Source: an uncultured Pseudomonadota bacterium
Lineage (GTDB): Bacteria; Pseudomonadota; Alphaproteobacteria; Rs-D84
Length of the DNA: 64,000 nt
Direction: 5' to 3'
Assembly: GCA_902793005.1 (NCBI GenBank)
Contig: CADBBQ010000001.1
Span: 32,860-96,859, forward strand
Made by a program: the position numbers and the translations under genes. Positions 47,322-56,606 of this stretch are shown here, in pieces; within the stretch, counting starts at the first letter, position 1, and each line of letters begins with the position of its first letter. Under the pieces are notes generated by a model. That model was given only the letters and a program-made list of their open reading frames with translations. It did not search any database and was not told where the DNA came from.

Positions 47322-48768
47322 ATGAGGAAGGATTTATTCACTGTTTTGCTTGGAATTTGCGCGTCAACGGCCGCTGTGGCCAGTAACGAAGGGGTGCCTT
47401 CATACTATCAAAAAAACGCGACGTCAATGAATCGGGCGGGGTATGGTGCGTATCAAAATCGTGGTTATACAAATTATACTGGTGCCGGTTCAAAACAGGT
47501 TTTATCTTCGAAATCATATTCTTATAACGTTCCATCCGCGACCCAGCCACCCGCATACAAGGGTATGATGACTGCAAATGGTGTGTCGCGTGCGGCGTCT
47601 GATGACAACGGTTTTTCGGTTTATGGTGGATATGGACGTCGTTTTGCGGACTTTCAATTTACAACATCGGTCAATTCTGTCTTGGAATGGGACGATATGA
47701 TGTTTAACGAATTGACGGCGGGTGCGCGTTATAATTTTTCGGTCCGTAATTTTGATATGATGGCGTTTGGTGAATATACATACGGCAAAATGTCGTCGGG
47801 CGGTCTGTCGATGGATTATGATTTGCGTCCGTATGACGATTCGTATCCAAACGATGGAATATTTACGATTTCCGTTGGTGACCAAAGTGGCGATTCTCAT
47901 CATATGCGTTTTGGAATTGGTGCTCGTAATATTTGGGATATTGGTGGATGGAAATTAACACCAATTGTTGGATATGAAATTTTCAAACACAACCTGCAAA
48001 TGAACGACCATTACTATCCGAACCAAGGGGTATATATCCCATTGATGACGACCGATGGTGATTATGTGTTTGGTGACCCAAACAATTTGGATATTTATTA
48101 TGCTGTTCCAATTGACCAGGCCGAGGCTGCGGCCGAAAATTATTACCAGGTTTGTGTCTCGCCCGACCAAATTCAATTGGCAACGGTCAGTGCGACGGGC
48201 GGTTTAACTGTCGGTAACGCCAGTTTTCCTGATGTTGATGTTTTATCCGGATCAATGCGTTGTGATTGGTGGTGATGGTCCGATTATGATTTCCGGTAAA
48301 ACGCACGAGTATAATACGACGTGGTCTGGTTTTTATATCGGTTTGGAAATTGAAAAGCAAATGACATTGACCGATAAATTGCGTTTTTATGGTCAAATCG
48401 GAATGCCTAAATATTCGTCCGAGGGTATTTGGCCAAATCGTACCGATTGGCAACAAAACCCCAGTTTCCTGGACGAGGGCGACAACGGCGCATTGGCATA
48501 CCAATTGGAAATGGAATATACTATGAAATTGTCAGACCGGCTTAGTTTATCATTAAAGGCCGACACAAATTATTTCCACGTTGATAAAATTGGTGGTGAA
48601 ATTTATTGGGCCGAATATGTCGAATATACCGAGGTTCCTGCCGGTAACGATGATTATGATATTGTCGCAACAAAATGGCCGGCATACACCGAAAAGGTTT
48701 CCGACGCCTTGAAAGAGGCAACCTGGCGTTCATTCGGGTTGTATTTGGGACTGAAATATTCATTTTAA
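47322..48768 (+). pseudogene. Outer-membrane beta-barrel protein gene split by a +1 frameshift (ORFs 47322-48275 and 48232-48768)
   Basis: The first ORF has signal peptide MRKDLFTVLLGICASTAAVA and amphipathic beta-strands. The second ORF has no signal peptide of its own, overlaps in frame+1, continues the same style and ends ...LGLKYSF (C-terminal Phe signature). Confidence 0.5.
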
Positions 48769-48789
48769 TTTACAAACAGGGTTTGTCAT

Positions 48790-49821
48790 ATGAAAAAAAT
48801 TGGCGTGATATTATCTTGCGCGGCTTTTGTGTGTTGTGCGTGTCCGGCAAATGCGGCGCGTGGTGATTTTGATTTTGACCGTTGGAACGCGTTGATGGAA
48901 TCTGTGCGGAATATGGCGGTGGCGAAAAATATATCCGGCCCAACAATTGATGCAACATTAAAAAATCCGGTGTTTATTCCACGCATTGTTTATAACGATA
49001 AAAACCAATCAGAATTCAAATTGACGCTAGATGAATATCTGCGCCGCACGGTAAATGCCGAACGGGTGAGGGCCGGGCGCAATATGGCAAAAAAATATCC
49101 AACATTATTGGGAAAAACGCACGCAAAATATGGTGTGCCACGCCACGTTATTTTGGCGTTTTGGGGAATGGAATCAAATTATGGCTCGGTTAAAAAGGCA
49201 TATCGATTAAAGGACGCTTTTTTCACATTGATGTATGATGGGCGGCGCGAAAAATTTTTCACCGAACAATTACTAGCGTTAATGAAAATCACTGATAAAA
49301 ATGGCACCGACATAAATGATGTTTATGGCAGTTGGGCGGGTGCTATGGGGCATTTTCAATTTATCCCAACGACATTGTCGCAATATGGTGCCGACGGAAA
49401 TGGTGACGGAAAAATTGATATTATAAATAATGTCAGTGACGCAATGTTCAGCGCGGGAAATTATTTGAATAAATTGGGTTGGGATGACACGCAACCAATT
49501 GCGCGTCGTGTTTTGATACCATCTGATTTTGACGATGCGTTAACGGGTGGTGATAAAAAATATACCATTGCCCAGTGGGCCAAAATGGGTGTGTTAAATG
49601 CCGATGGTTTACCATTGACGGCGATGAACGAAACGGTCGGCCTGGTTGCGGGGTCGGAAGATAATGCCACGAATTTAGTATCATCGCCGGATAATGATGT
49701 TGAAATGACAACGATGCGTGTGGCGTATTTAACATATCCAAATTTTTATCGCATTAAACGTTGGAATAATTCAAATTGGTATGCAATTGCAATACACGAG
49801 TTGTCTGAAAAATTAAAATAA
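48790..49821 (+). CDS. Lytic murein transglycosylase (MltB/Slt35 family)
   Basis: Signal peptide. ILAFWGMESNYG matches the catalytic-Glu motif of family-3 lytic transglycosylases (AIWGVESNFG in MltB). 343 aa. Confidence 0.75.
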   Translation: MKKIGVILSCAAFVCCACPANAARGDFDFDRWNALMESVRNMAVAKNISGPTIDATLKNPVFIPRIVYNDKNQSEFKLTLDEYLRRTVNAERVRAGRNMAKKYPTLLGKTHAKYGVPRHVILAFWGMESNYGSVKKAYRLKDAFFTLMYDGRREKFFTEQLLALMKITDKNGTDINDVYGSWAGAMGHFQFIPTTLSQYGADGNGDGKIDIINNVSDAMFSAGNYLNKLGWDDTQPIARRVLIPSDFDDALTGGDKKYTIAQWAKMGVLNADGLPLTAMNETVGLVAGSEDNATNLVSSPDNDVEMTTMRVAYLTYPNFYRIKRWNNSNWYAIAIHELSEKLK

Positions 49822-49885
49822 ATCTGTTGCGATGGGGCGTTTTCTTTGCTATTCTTTTTCGGGTATATAAAAGGATACAAAACAA

Positions 49886-50848
49886 ATGTCTATAAAAGTT
49901 CGTGATTTCGAGGTGCGTTTAACCCGTACCAAAGAAGAACGCCGCCAGGTGCGCGCGTTGCGCTATCGTGTTTTTGTCGAGGAAGAGGGTGCGTCCGCTA
50001 CCGAAGAACAAAAAAATTTGCGCGAAGAATATGATTCTTATGACCGGTTTGCGGAATATTTGGGTGTGTTTCACAATGGAAAAATTGTTGGAACATATCG
50101 TATTATAAATCGTGATGCCGCGGAAAAAATGGGTGGATTTTATACCGAAACCGAATTTGATATTTCAAAAATAAAGCGGTCTGGGACAAATATTGCGGAA
50201 ATGTCGCGTGCGTGTGTTGCACCTGAATATCGCGAAAATGCATTGGTAATGCGCCTGTTATGGGTGGGGTTAGGCGAATATATTGTGCGTAATAAAATTG
50301 GCATTGTGTTTGGTGTTGCGTCTTGGACGGGAACAAATCCGGCGATGTCGGCCCAGGCAATTTCATATCTGTATTATAATCATTTGTCCCCGTTGCGCCT
50401 GCGTGCGACGGTTGATCCGACGAAATTGGCCGATGGTGTAAATCCAAAATTGACGCGAATGAATATTTTGCCCGCGGTCTTTGTTGATGCGGCCGAGGCT
50501 CGTCGTCAAATGACCCCATTGGTCAAGGGGTATCTGCGTATCAATGCAACATTTGGTCGTGGTGTATTTATTGATAAACCATTTAATTCATATGATGTAT
50601 TTGTAATGTTGGAAACACGCAAAATGGATGCATTATACAGAAAACGTTTCTTGGGCACGGATGAATCTTTCGAAGGGGAAAATTTCGAATTGCCATCGAA
50701 CTTTATTCAAACGTTGGGTAAAATTATAACAACACCTGCGGTTGGTGCGATGCGTGTTGTGCGTTCTGTATTCGCGTTTTTGCTGCGCGAAGACGCGGCG
50801 GATGCGGAATTAATTGCCGAAGATAAACCTACCGAAGAAGAGGAATAA
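49886..50848 (+). CDS. olsB: Ornithine-lipid N-acyltransferase OlsB-like (GNAT, COG3176 'hemolysin-like')
   Basis: The N-terminus (VRLTRTKEERRQVRALRYRVFVEEEGA) is the hallmark of OlsB-family acyl-ACP:ornithine N-acyltransferases. It is followed directly by a PlsC-type acyltransferase, as in the olsBA operon. Confidence 0.65.
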   Translation: MSIKVRDFEVRLTRTKEERRQVRALRYRVFVEEEGASATEEQKNLREEYDSYDRFAEYLGVFHNGKIVGTYRIINRDAAEKMGGFYTETEFDISKIKRSGTNIAEMSRACVAPEYRENALVMRLLWVGLGEYIVRNKIGIVFGVASWTGTNPAMSAQAISYLYYNHLSPLRLRATVDPTKLADGVNPKLTRMNILPAVFVDAAEARRQMTPLVKGYLRINATFGRGVFIDKPFNSYDVFVMLETRKMDALYRKRFLGTDESFEGENFELPSNFIQTLGKIITTPAVGAMRVVRSVFAFLLREDAADAELIAEDKPTEEEE

Positions 50849-50851
50849 AAA

Positions 50852-51694
50852 ATGAAAATAATGGCGGATAAATGTCGGGTTAATATTTTTGACACAATCA
50901 TTGCGGTATTTCGTGCGGTGCTGTTTGTATTGGTTGTTTTAATCCAGGTTCCGATTATTTTTATAATTCCGCGTGGTCGTTTTTCGGTTAAATATATGCG
51001 TTTTTTTATGTGGACATTGTGTTTTGCAACTGGTGTGCGTGTTCGTCGGCACGGAAAATTGACGGGTGCGCGTCCACTGTTATGCATTTGCAATCATATA
51101 TCGGTATTTGAATTGATGTCTATGCCGGTGGCGTATGGATGTTCATTTGTTGGGAAAATTGATATTGCGTCATACCCATTGGTTGGTTGGATTGCGAAAA
51201 AATTTGGTGTGGTGTTTGTTGACCGTCGTCCATCCCACGCTGTCGAGGCGATTTCCGATATGACCCGTCAATTGCGCAACGCGTCATATCCCGTCACCAT
51301 TTTCCCCGAGGGTACCACAACCAACGGTGCATATGTTCGCGAATTCAAATCTGCGATGTTTAATTTGGTGGATGCGGTCCCTGATTTGACAATTCAACCA
51401 ATGGTGATAACATATCGGACGCGTCGCAATAAATGCGTCAATGACCAGGTTCTGGCAAACGATTATGCGTATTTCGATAATGCCAAACAAACCCAGGGAC
51501 CAAAATGTGAACGCGAACGCAGTGCGTTTGGTCAAATATTTCATATTGCGCAACTGGGTGGGATGACGGTGCATATAACGGTATTGCCCCCGGTGTCCAC
51601 GGCTGGTATGGACCGCAAAGAAATTGCAAAGGTATTACACGAAATCGTATCGAACAAATATATGGAATTAAAAGATAAAGAAATAAAGAGATAA
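50852..51694 (+). CDS. olsA: Lysophospholipid / lyso-ornithine-lipid O-acyltransferase (PlsC family, OlsA-like)
   Basis: NHISVFE (NHxxxxD/E box) and FPEGTTTNG (FPEGTR box). An N-terminal transmembrane segment. Confidence 0.6.
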   Translation: MKIMADKCRVNIFDTIIAVFRAVLFVLVVLIQVPIIFIIPRGRFSVKYMRFFMWTLCFATGVRVRRHGKLTGARPLLCICNHISVFELMSMPVAYGCSFVGKIDIASYPLVGWIAKKFGVVFVDRRPSHAVEAISDMTRQLRNASYPVTIFPEGTTTNGAYVREFKSAMFNLVDAVPDLTIQPMVITYRTRRNKCVNDQVLANDYAYFDNAKQTQGPKCERERSAFGQIFHIAQLGGMTVHITVLPPVSTAGMDRKEIAKVLHEIVSNKYMELKDKEIKR

Positions 51695-51698
51695 AGAA

Positions 51699-53135
51699 AT
51701 GAAAACGGCAATAACTCCGACGCGTGCGGAAAATTTTAGTGAATGGTATCAAAATTTAATTGTGGCGGCCGATTTGGCGGAAAACGCACCTGTGCGTGGT
51801 TGTATGACGATAAAGCCATACGGTTGGGCAATATGGGAACTGATGCGTGACCAAATGGATAAACGGATTAAGGCGGCGGGCGTTCAAAACGCAAACTTTC
51901 CATTATTGATACCTATTGCATATTTTAATAAGGAAGCCGAACACGTCGCCGGTTTTGCCAAGGAAGCGGCTGTTGTCACACATTATCGTTTGAAAATGAT
52001 TGACGGTAAATTACAACCGGATCCCGATGCAGAATTAACAGACCCCTATGTTATTCGTCCAACATCCGAAACCATTATTGGCGAGGCTATGTCCCGTTGG
52101 GTGCAATCTTGGCGTGATTTGCCGATGAAGTTGAATCAATGGGTAAATGTTATGCGCTGGGAAATGCGGCCGCGTATGTTTTTGCGCACATCTGAATTTA
52201 ATTGGCAAGAAGGTCATAATGTTTTTGCCACCCACGAAGACGCAAATGCCGACGCGAAAAAAATGCATAAAATGTATGCGGATTATATGCGCGATGTTTT
52301 GGCAGCGCCTGTCGTTGCCGGCGAAAAAACACCCGAAGAACGCTTTGCCGGTGCCGACCATACATACACCGTTGAACAAATTATGCAAGATGGCAAGGCA
52401 TTACAGGCGGGCACATCGCACGATTTGGGACAACATTTTGCAAAATCATTTAATATTCAATATCTGGGGACGGACGGTAAATTACAATATGCTTGGACGA
52501 CCAGCTGGGGGACATCAACCCGTATGATGGGCGGACTGTTTATGATACATTCGGACGATGACGGTCTGGTTTTGCCGCCGGCCATTGCGCCATATCAAAT
52601 TGTGATTATTCCAATTGTTCGCGAAGAAAACACAGATGCATTAAATAAATATGCCGAAGATTTGGGCGAAAAATTACGCGAATTGGATTTGCGTGTATTG
52701 GTTGATACGTCTGATATGCGTGCGCCTGACAAAATGTGGAAGTGGATTAAACGCGGTGTGCCATTGCGTGTTGAAATAGGTAGCCGTGAAATGGAAAATA
52801 ATTCTGTCACAATTACCCGTCGTGATTTGGGCAAAGAATCCAAACAAACGGTGTCTGTGGATGAATTGTTGAAAATCGCACCTGATTTAATGAAACAAAT
52901 GCAACGCGAAATGTATGAACGCGCATTGGCGCGCCAGCAATCACAAATGCACGATGTTGAAACATTGGCGGCATTAGAGGGCGCATTGGAACGCGGCACA
53001 ACCGGATTTTTCCGCATTAAATATGATTTAACATTAAACGCGGAATTTGACGGATTGATTGAAAAATATAAAATCAGCCGCCGGTGTCTGGATGCGAATG
53101 ACCCAAGTTACGTCTATGTCGCAAAATCATATTAA
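51699..53135 (+). CDS. proS: Proline--tRNA ligase (short, eukaryote/archaeal-like form lacking the editing insertion)
   Basis: The N-terminus (TRAENFSEWYQNLIVAADL...YGWAIWELMRDQMDKRIKAAGVQNANFPLLIP) and class-II motifs 2/3 are conserved. 478 aa, a length typical of alphaproteobacterial ProRS. Confidence 0.87.
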   Translation: MKTAITPTRAENFSEWYQNLIVAADLAENAPVRGCMTIKPYGWAIWELMRDQMDKRIKAAGVQNANFPLLIPIAYFNKEAEHVAGFAKEAAVVTHYRLKMIDGKLQPDPDAELTDPYVIRPTSETIIGEAMSRWVQSWRDLPMKLNQWVNVMRWEMRPRMFLRTSEFNWQEGHNVFATHEDANADAKKMHKMYADYMRDVLAAPVVAGEKTPEERFAGADHTYTVEQIMQDGKALQAGTSHDLGQHFAKSFNIQYLGTDGKLQYAWTTSWGTSTRMMGGLFMIHSDDDGLVLPPAIAPYQIVIIPIVREENTDALNKYAEDLGEKLRELDLRVLVDTSDMRAPDKMWKWIKRGVPLRVEIGSREMENNSVTITRRDLGKESKQTVSVDELLKIAPDLMKQMQREMYERALARQQSQMHDVETLAALEGALERGTTGFFRIKYDLTLNAEFDGLIEKYKISRRCLDANDPSYVYVAKSY

Positions 53136-53136
53136 A

Positions 53137-53168
53137 AATAAACAGGGATTTTCATCCCTGTTTTTTTA
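53137..53168 (+). terminator. Rho-independent terminator after proS
   Basis: aaacagggattttcatccctgtttttttatt. Confidence 0.55.
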
Positions 53169-53229
53169 TTAAAACAAATCCAGTCAAATATGATATAATA
53201 AACAAAAAAACAACGGCAGGGGGGATTTT

Positions 53230-54153
53230 ATGAAAGTTGCAATTATTGGTTTGGGTTCTGTTGGTTCGGCGATTGCCACCGCAATTAAAAATACTGGCCT
53301 GGTGCACGAAATGGTTTTGTTTGACCGTGACGGCGTGCGGAGTGCCGCTGCGGCGGCGGATTTGGGACACGCATCCGCATTTTCGTTCGATGTAAAAATC
53401 ACGGCGGCAAATTCATATCGTGAAATCCGTGGTTCTGAAATCGTGGTTATTGCGGCCGGCGCAAATCAAAAGCCGGGACAAACCCGCACGGATTTATTGG
53501 ATGCAAACGCAAATGTTATTCGTGATATTATCCCACGTGTTATGGCAAATACAGACCCCAAAACGGTTAAAATCATTATGGTCACCAACCCGTTGGATGT
53601 TATGGTTATGTTGGCACGCGATTTGTCAGGCCTGCCGTCTGCGCGTGTTATTGGCACGGGTACGATGTTGGATTCGGCGCGTCTGCGCACGATATTGGCG
53701 CGGCAATTGTCGGTTTCGCCAATGTCAATCAATGCGTATGTGTTGGGTGAACACGGTGATGCAAGCGTGGTAAATTGGGAATCGATCAGTATTGGTGCAA
53801 TACCATTAAATGATTTTTGTAAATCAACAAAAATATCTTTGCCACAAACGACCCGTCGCACGATAGAACACCGTGTTCATAACGCGGCGTATGAAATAAT
53901 CCAGGGTCGCGGTGCGACGTGGGACGGAATTGCGGCGGCGGTAAATGATTTGCTGCGCTGTATCATAAATGACGAAAAAAGAATTTTAACCGTGTCAATA
54001 TGCGCGCCAAAAACAAATATTGCTATGTCGCGTCCATCGATTGTTGGGCGTTCGGGGGTAATAACGGTGTTGTCGCCACGTATGTCGCCATCGGAAAGCA
54101 AAGGTTTACAAGCGTGCACTCGTATTATCAAGAAAAATTACAATAATATTTAA
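53230..54153 (+). CDS. ldh: L-lactate dehydrogenase (LDH/MDH superfamily, Gln at the substrate-specificity position)
   Basis: NAD-binding region KVAIIGLGSVGSAIATAI. Substrate loop AAGANQKPGQTR (Gln rather than the Arg of LDH-like MDHs). LGEHGDASV catalytic His region. Confidence 0.72.
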   Translation: MKVAIIGLGSVGSAIATAIKNTGLVHEMVLFDRDGVRSAAAAADLGHASAFSFDVKITAANSYREIRGSEIVVIAAGANQKPGQTRTDLLDANANVIRDIIPRVMANTDPKTVKIIMVTNPLDVMVMLARDLSGLPSARVIGTGTMLDSARLRTILARQLSVSPMSINAYVLGEHGDASVVNWESISIGAIPLNDFCKSTKISLPQTTRRTIEHRVHNAAYEIIQGRGATWDGIAAAVNDLLRCIINDEKRILTVSICAPKTNIAMSRPSIVGRSGVITVLSPRMSPSESKGLQACTRIIKKNYNNI

Positions 54154-54228
54154 TGGATTTTAATCGTATTTATTCGTATTGATTTTGCGTTTATAGTTGT
54201 TGTGATAAACATTTGGGACACGATAATT

Positions 54229-54525
54229 ATGGACAAAATTCAATACGAACTTTTACCAGACGGTTGCGGTTTTTGTGCCAAGAAAGATGGGGAAAATATT
54301 GGCGAAATCACATTTGTAAAAATTGGTCTGGATAAATTGATGATTGAACATACCACTGTTGAATCGGAATATCAAAATTTTCCCATTGTTTTTAATCTGG
54401 TAAATTGTGTTGTGAATTTGGCGCGGCACCAGCATCGCAAGGTTTTAAATCGTTGCAACACGGCGCAAAATATTTTTATTGGCCATCCAGAATTTGACGA
54501 TGTGTTGCTAATGAATTCTCATTAA
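54229..54525 (+). CDS. Small GNAT-like (Acetyltransf_CG-type) protein; hypothetical
   Basis: About 98 aa whose pattern (ITFVKIGLDKLMIEHTTV...VNLARHQHRKVLNRC) resembles the compact GNAT_CG family. Weak. Confidence 0.4.
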   Translation: MDKIQYELLPDGCGFCAKKDGENIGEITFVKIGLDKLMIEHTTVESEYQNFPIVFNLVNCVVNLARHQHRKVLNRCNTAQNIFIGHPEFDDVLLMNSH

Positions 54526-54610
54526 AAATAAATATAAATTTTCATAAAATTATCTTGCGCGATTTGGTTAGTATTTTCTATAATCAAAGCAACAATGAAA
54601 AGGAGAAATT

Positions 54611-55123
54611 ATGAAAATCAAGATTTTATACGCGTTGATGGGTTTGTTTTTTGTGTGTGGTGCGCACGCGGCTGATATGACGATTTATTATTCACCAACG
54701 TGTCCGCATTGTCATCACGCGCGTGATTATGCATCGAATAATTTTATTTACGAATATCCAACAATGAATATCACTATGATTGATGTGACGGTGCCTGAAC
54801 ATCGTGCGTTATTCATTGATGTTATAAAAACGTGTGATTTTTCATCAGGTGGCGTGCCGGTAATAAAAATTGGTGATAAATGTTTCCAAGGATTTGCGGA
54901 ATCTATGGCGGATGATATGCGTGCGGCAATTGAAATTGATATGGATGACGCGGCAAAAAAATCTGCGGCGGATGTAAAGCGTGCAATCAGTGAAAACGGT
55001 GATGCATATCGTGATGAACATCCAACACCGGTTGCGACAATTACAGAATACACCGCGACGGGTGACGAAATGCGGAAAAAAAAACGACCGCATCGGACAG
55101 TAAATGGGCATCTTGGGTATTGA
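54611..55123 (+). CDS. Periplasmic thioredoxin-fold thiol:disulfide oxidoreductase (CPHC active site)
   Basis: Signal peptide MKIKILYALMGLFFVCGAHAA, then YYSPTCPHCHHA (CxxC). Confidence 0.55.
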   Translation: MKIKILYALMGLFFVCGAHAADMTIYYSPTCPHCHHARDYASNNFIYEYPTMNITMIDVTVPEHRALFIDVIKTCDFSSGGVPVIKIGDKCFQGFAESMADDMRAAIEIDMDDAAKKSAADVKRAISENGDAYRDEHPTPVATITEYTATGDEMRKKKRPHRTVNGHLGY

Positions 55124-55206
55124 TAATATTGGCGTTGGTTGTTTTGGGATTTTGTGTATCGGTTGCAAAATCAAAAAAATAAAACTGCATTCCAAGGATT
55201 TAAATT

Positions 55207-55998
55207 ATGTTTGATTTAACAAGTCTGGATTATGTTTATATTATTGTGTTGTTGGCATCCACGGTTTGGGCGACAATTCGTGGTGGTGTGTACGAAACAA
55301 TTGCGACACTGTCTTGGGTGGTTGCGGCGGTTGCGGCGCGTTTTACGTCCCCGTGGTTGGATGGTGTATTCCAAGATTGGTTTAAATTACCTGATTCGAC
55401 GGTTGTGACATTGGTTGCGTCGTATTTTGTGGTGTTTTTTGTGATATTATTGGTGGTTGGTTTTGTGAATCAAAAACTGCGCGATAAAATCCAAGAATCA
55501 ATGATGAATGTGACCGATCATACATTGGGCGTTATATTTGGTATTATTCGTGGAATTGTGGTTATGGGCATTGTGTATTGGGTTGCATTGTGGTATTATT
55601 CGGATGTACCGCATATGCCGCGTTGGATGGAAAATGCACGCACTCGTCCAATTATGCAATTAACCGCGGTAAAATTGGATGATTGGTTTGTTCCGGGTGA
55701 TGTAAACAAGTTATTGGCCCGTGATGTCGAGGGAACAAAACAAGCGGACGAGATTTATAAAAATTTAATAAATCCTGCGGTATCAACAATGAATGATATA
55801 AAAAACGGAACAAGTCGCCAGCCCAAGGTTGATGTGAATGACAAGACTGTTTCAAAACCGGAATCGACGGTTCGTCCGGATGCGGATACGGGATATAAAT
55901 CATCTGAGCGGACGGCGTTGGAAAAACAGTTGTTGCAAATAGAAACATCGGCGCGTGCGGCGGATGCAAAAAATAAAGAACAAAAAATCACAGAATAA
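55207..55998 (+). CDS. cvpA: CvpA-family membrane protein (colicin V production protein homolog)
   Basis: N-terminal CvpA pattern (LDYVYIIVLLASTVWATIRGGVYETIATLSWVVAAV) with four transmembrane helices and a hydrophilic C-terminus. Confidence 0.7.
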   Translation: MFDLTSLDYVYIIVLLASTVWATIRGGVYETIATLSWVVAAVAARFTSPWLDGVFQDWFKLPDSTVVTLVASYFVVFFVILLVVGFVNQKLRDKIQESMMNVTDHTLGVIFGIIRGIVVMGIVYWVALWYYSDVPHMPRWMENARTRPIMQLTAVKLDDWFVPGDVNKLLARDVEGTKQADEIYKNLINPAVSTMNDIKNGTSRQPKVDVNDKTVSKPESTVRPDADTGYKSSERTALEKQLLQIETSARAADAKNKEQKITE

Positions 55999-56083
55999 AT
56001 AAAAACATCAACCCCGATTGCATCGGGGTTTTTACATAGGTTTTGGTTCTTGGTGCATATTGATTTGCCTTGTGTAAAACGAT

Positions 56084-56557
56084 ATGTTATTAAAACCAAA
56101 AATTTATATCACGGTATTATTCATATACGAAGTTATTGCGGTAATGATGTTGCATTGTCAAACGATATGTACGCCAATGTTGGGCGAAACCGCGTGCGCT
56201 GATTGGTTTCGGTATTTTGCATTTTGTGTAGTTGTGCCCGGAGTCGTTGGTTTGATATGGATGTGGGTTAAAACGATTATTTGTTCATATCGTAATCGGT
56301 TTTTTCGTCGTGCGCGTGGTGCGGTCATAGATGCGTTTGATGGATTACGTGATAAATTAGCCGACAGAATTTCTCGCCAAGATATTGAAAAATATATAAC
56401 AATCGCATCGTTATATGGAATTCGTTATTATATGTCGCGCAACCCACGCTTTCGCGAGTTGTTACACGAAATTTTACCAGAAAGCGCCGAATGGGATTTG
56501 GACGAAGAACCAACCAAGGCGCGCACAAAAAATAAAAAGCGTCCGCGCCGAAAATAA
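56084..56557 (+). CDS. Hypothetical membrane protein (157 aa)
   Basis: Two or three predicted transmembrane helices and a basic C-terminus. ORF only. Confidence 0.3.
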   Translation: MLLKPKIYITVLFIYEVIAVMMLHCQTICTPMLGETACADWFRYFAFCVVVPGVVGLIWMWVKTIICSYRNRFFRRARGAVIDAFDGLRDKLADRISRQDIEKYITIASLYGIRYYMSRNPRFRELLHEILPESAEWDLDEEPTKARTKNKKRPRRK

Positions 56558-56606
56558 TTTTTGTTTTGCCAAGGACAAACATCGCCGCAATTGCGGCGAT
56601 GTTTTT

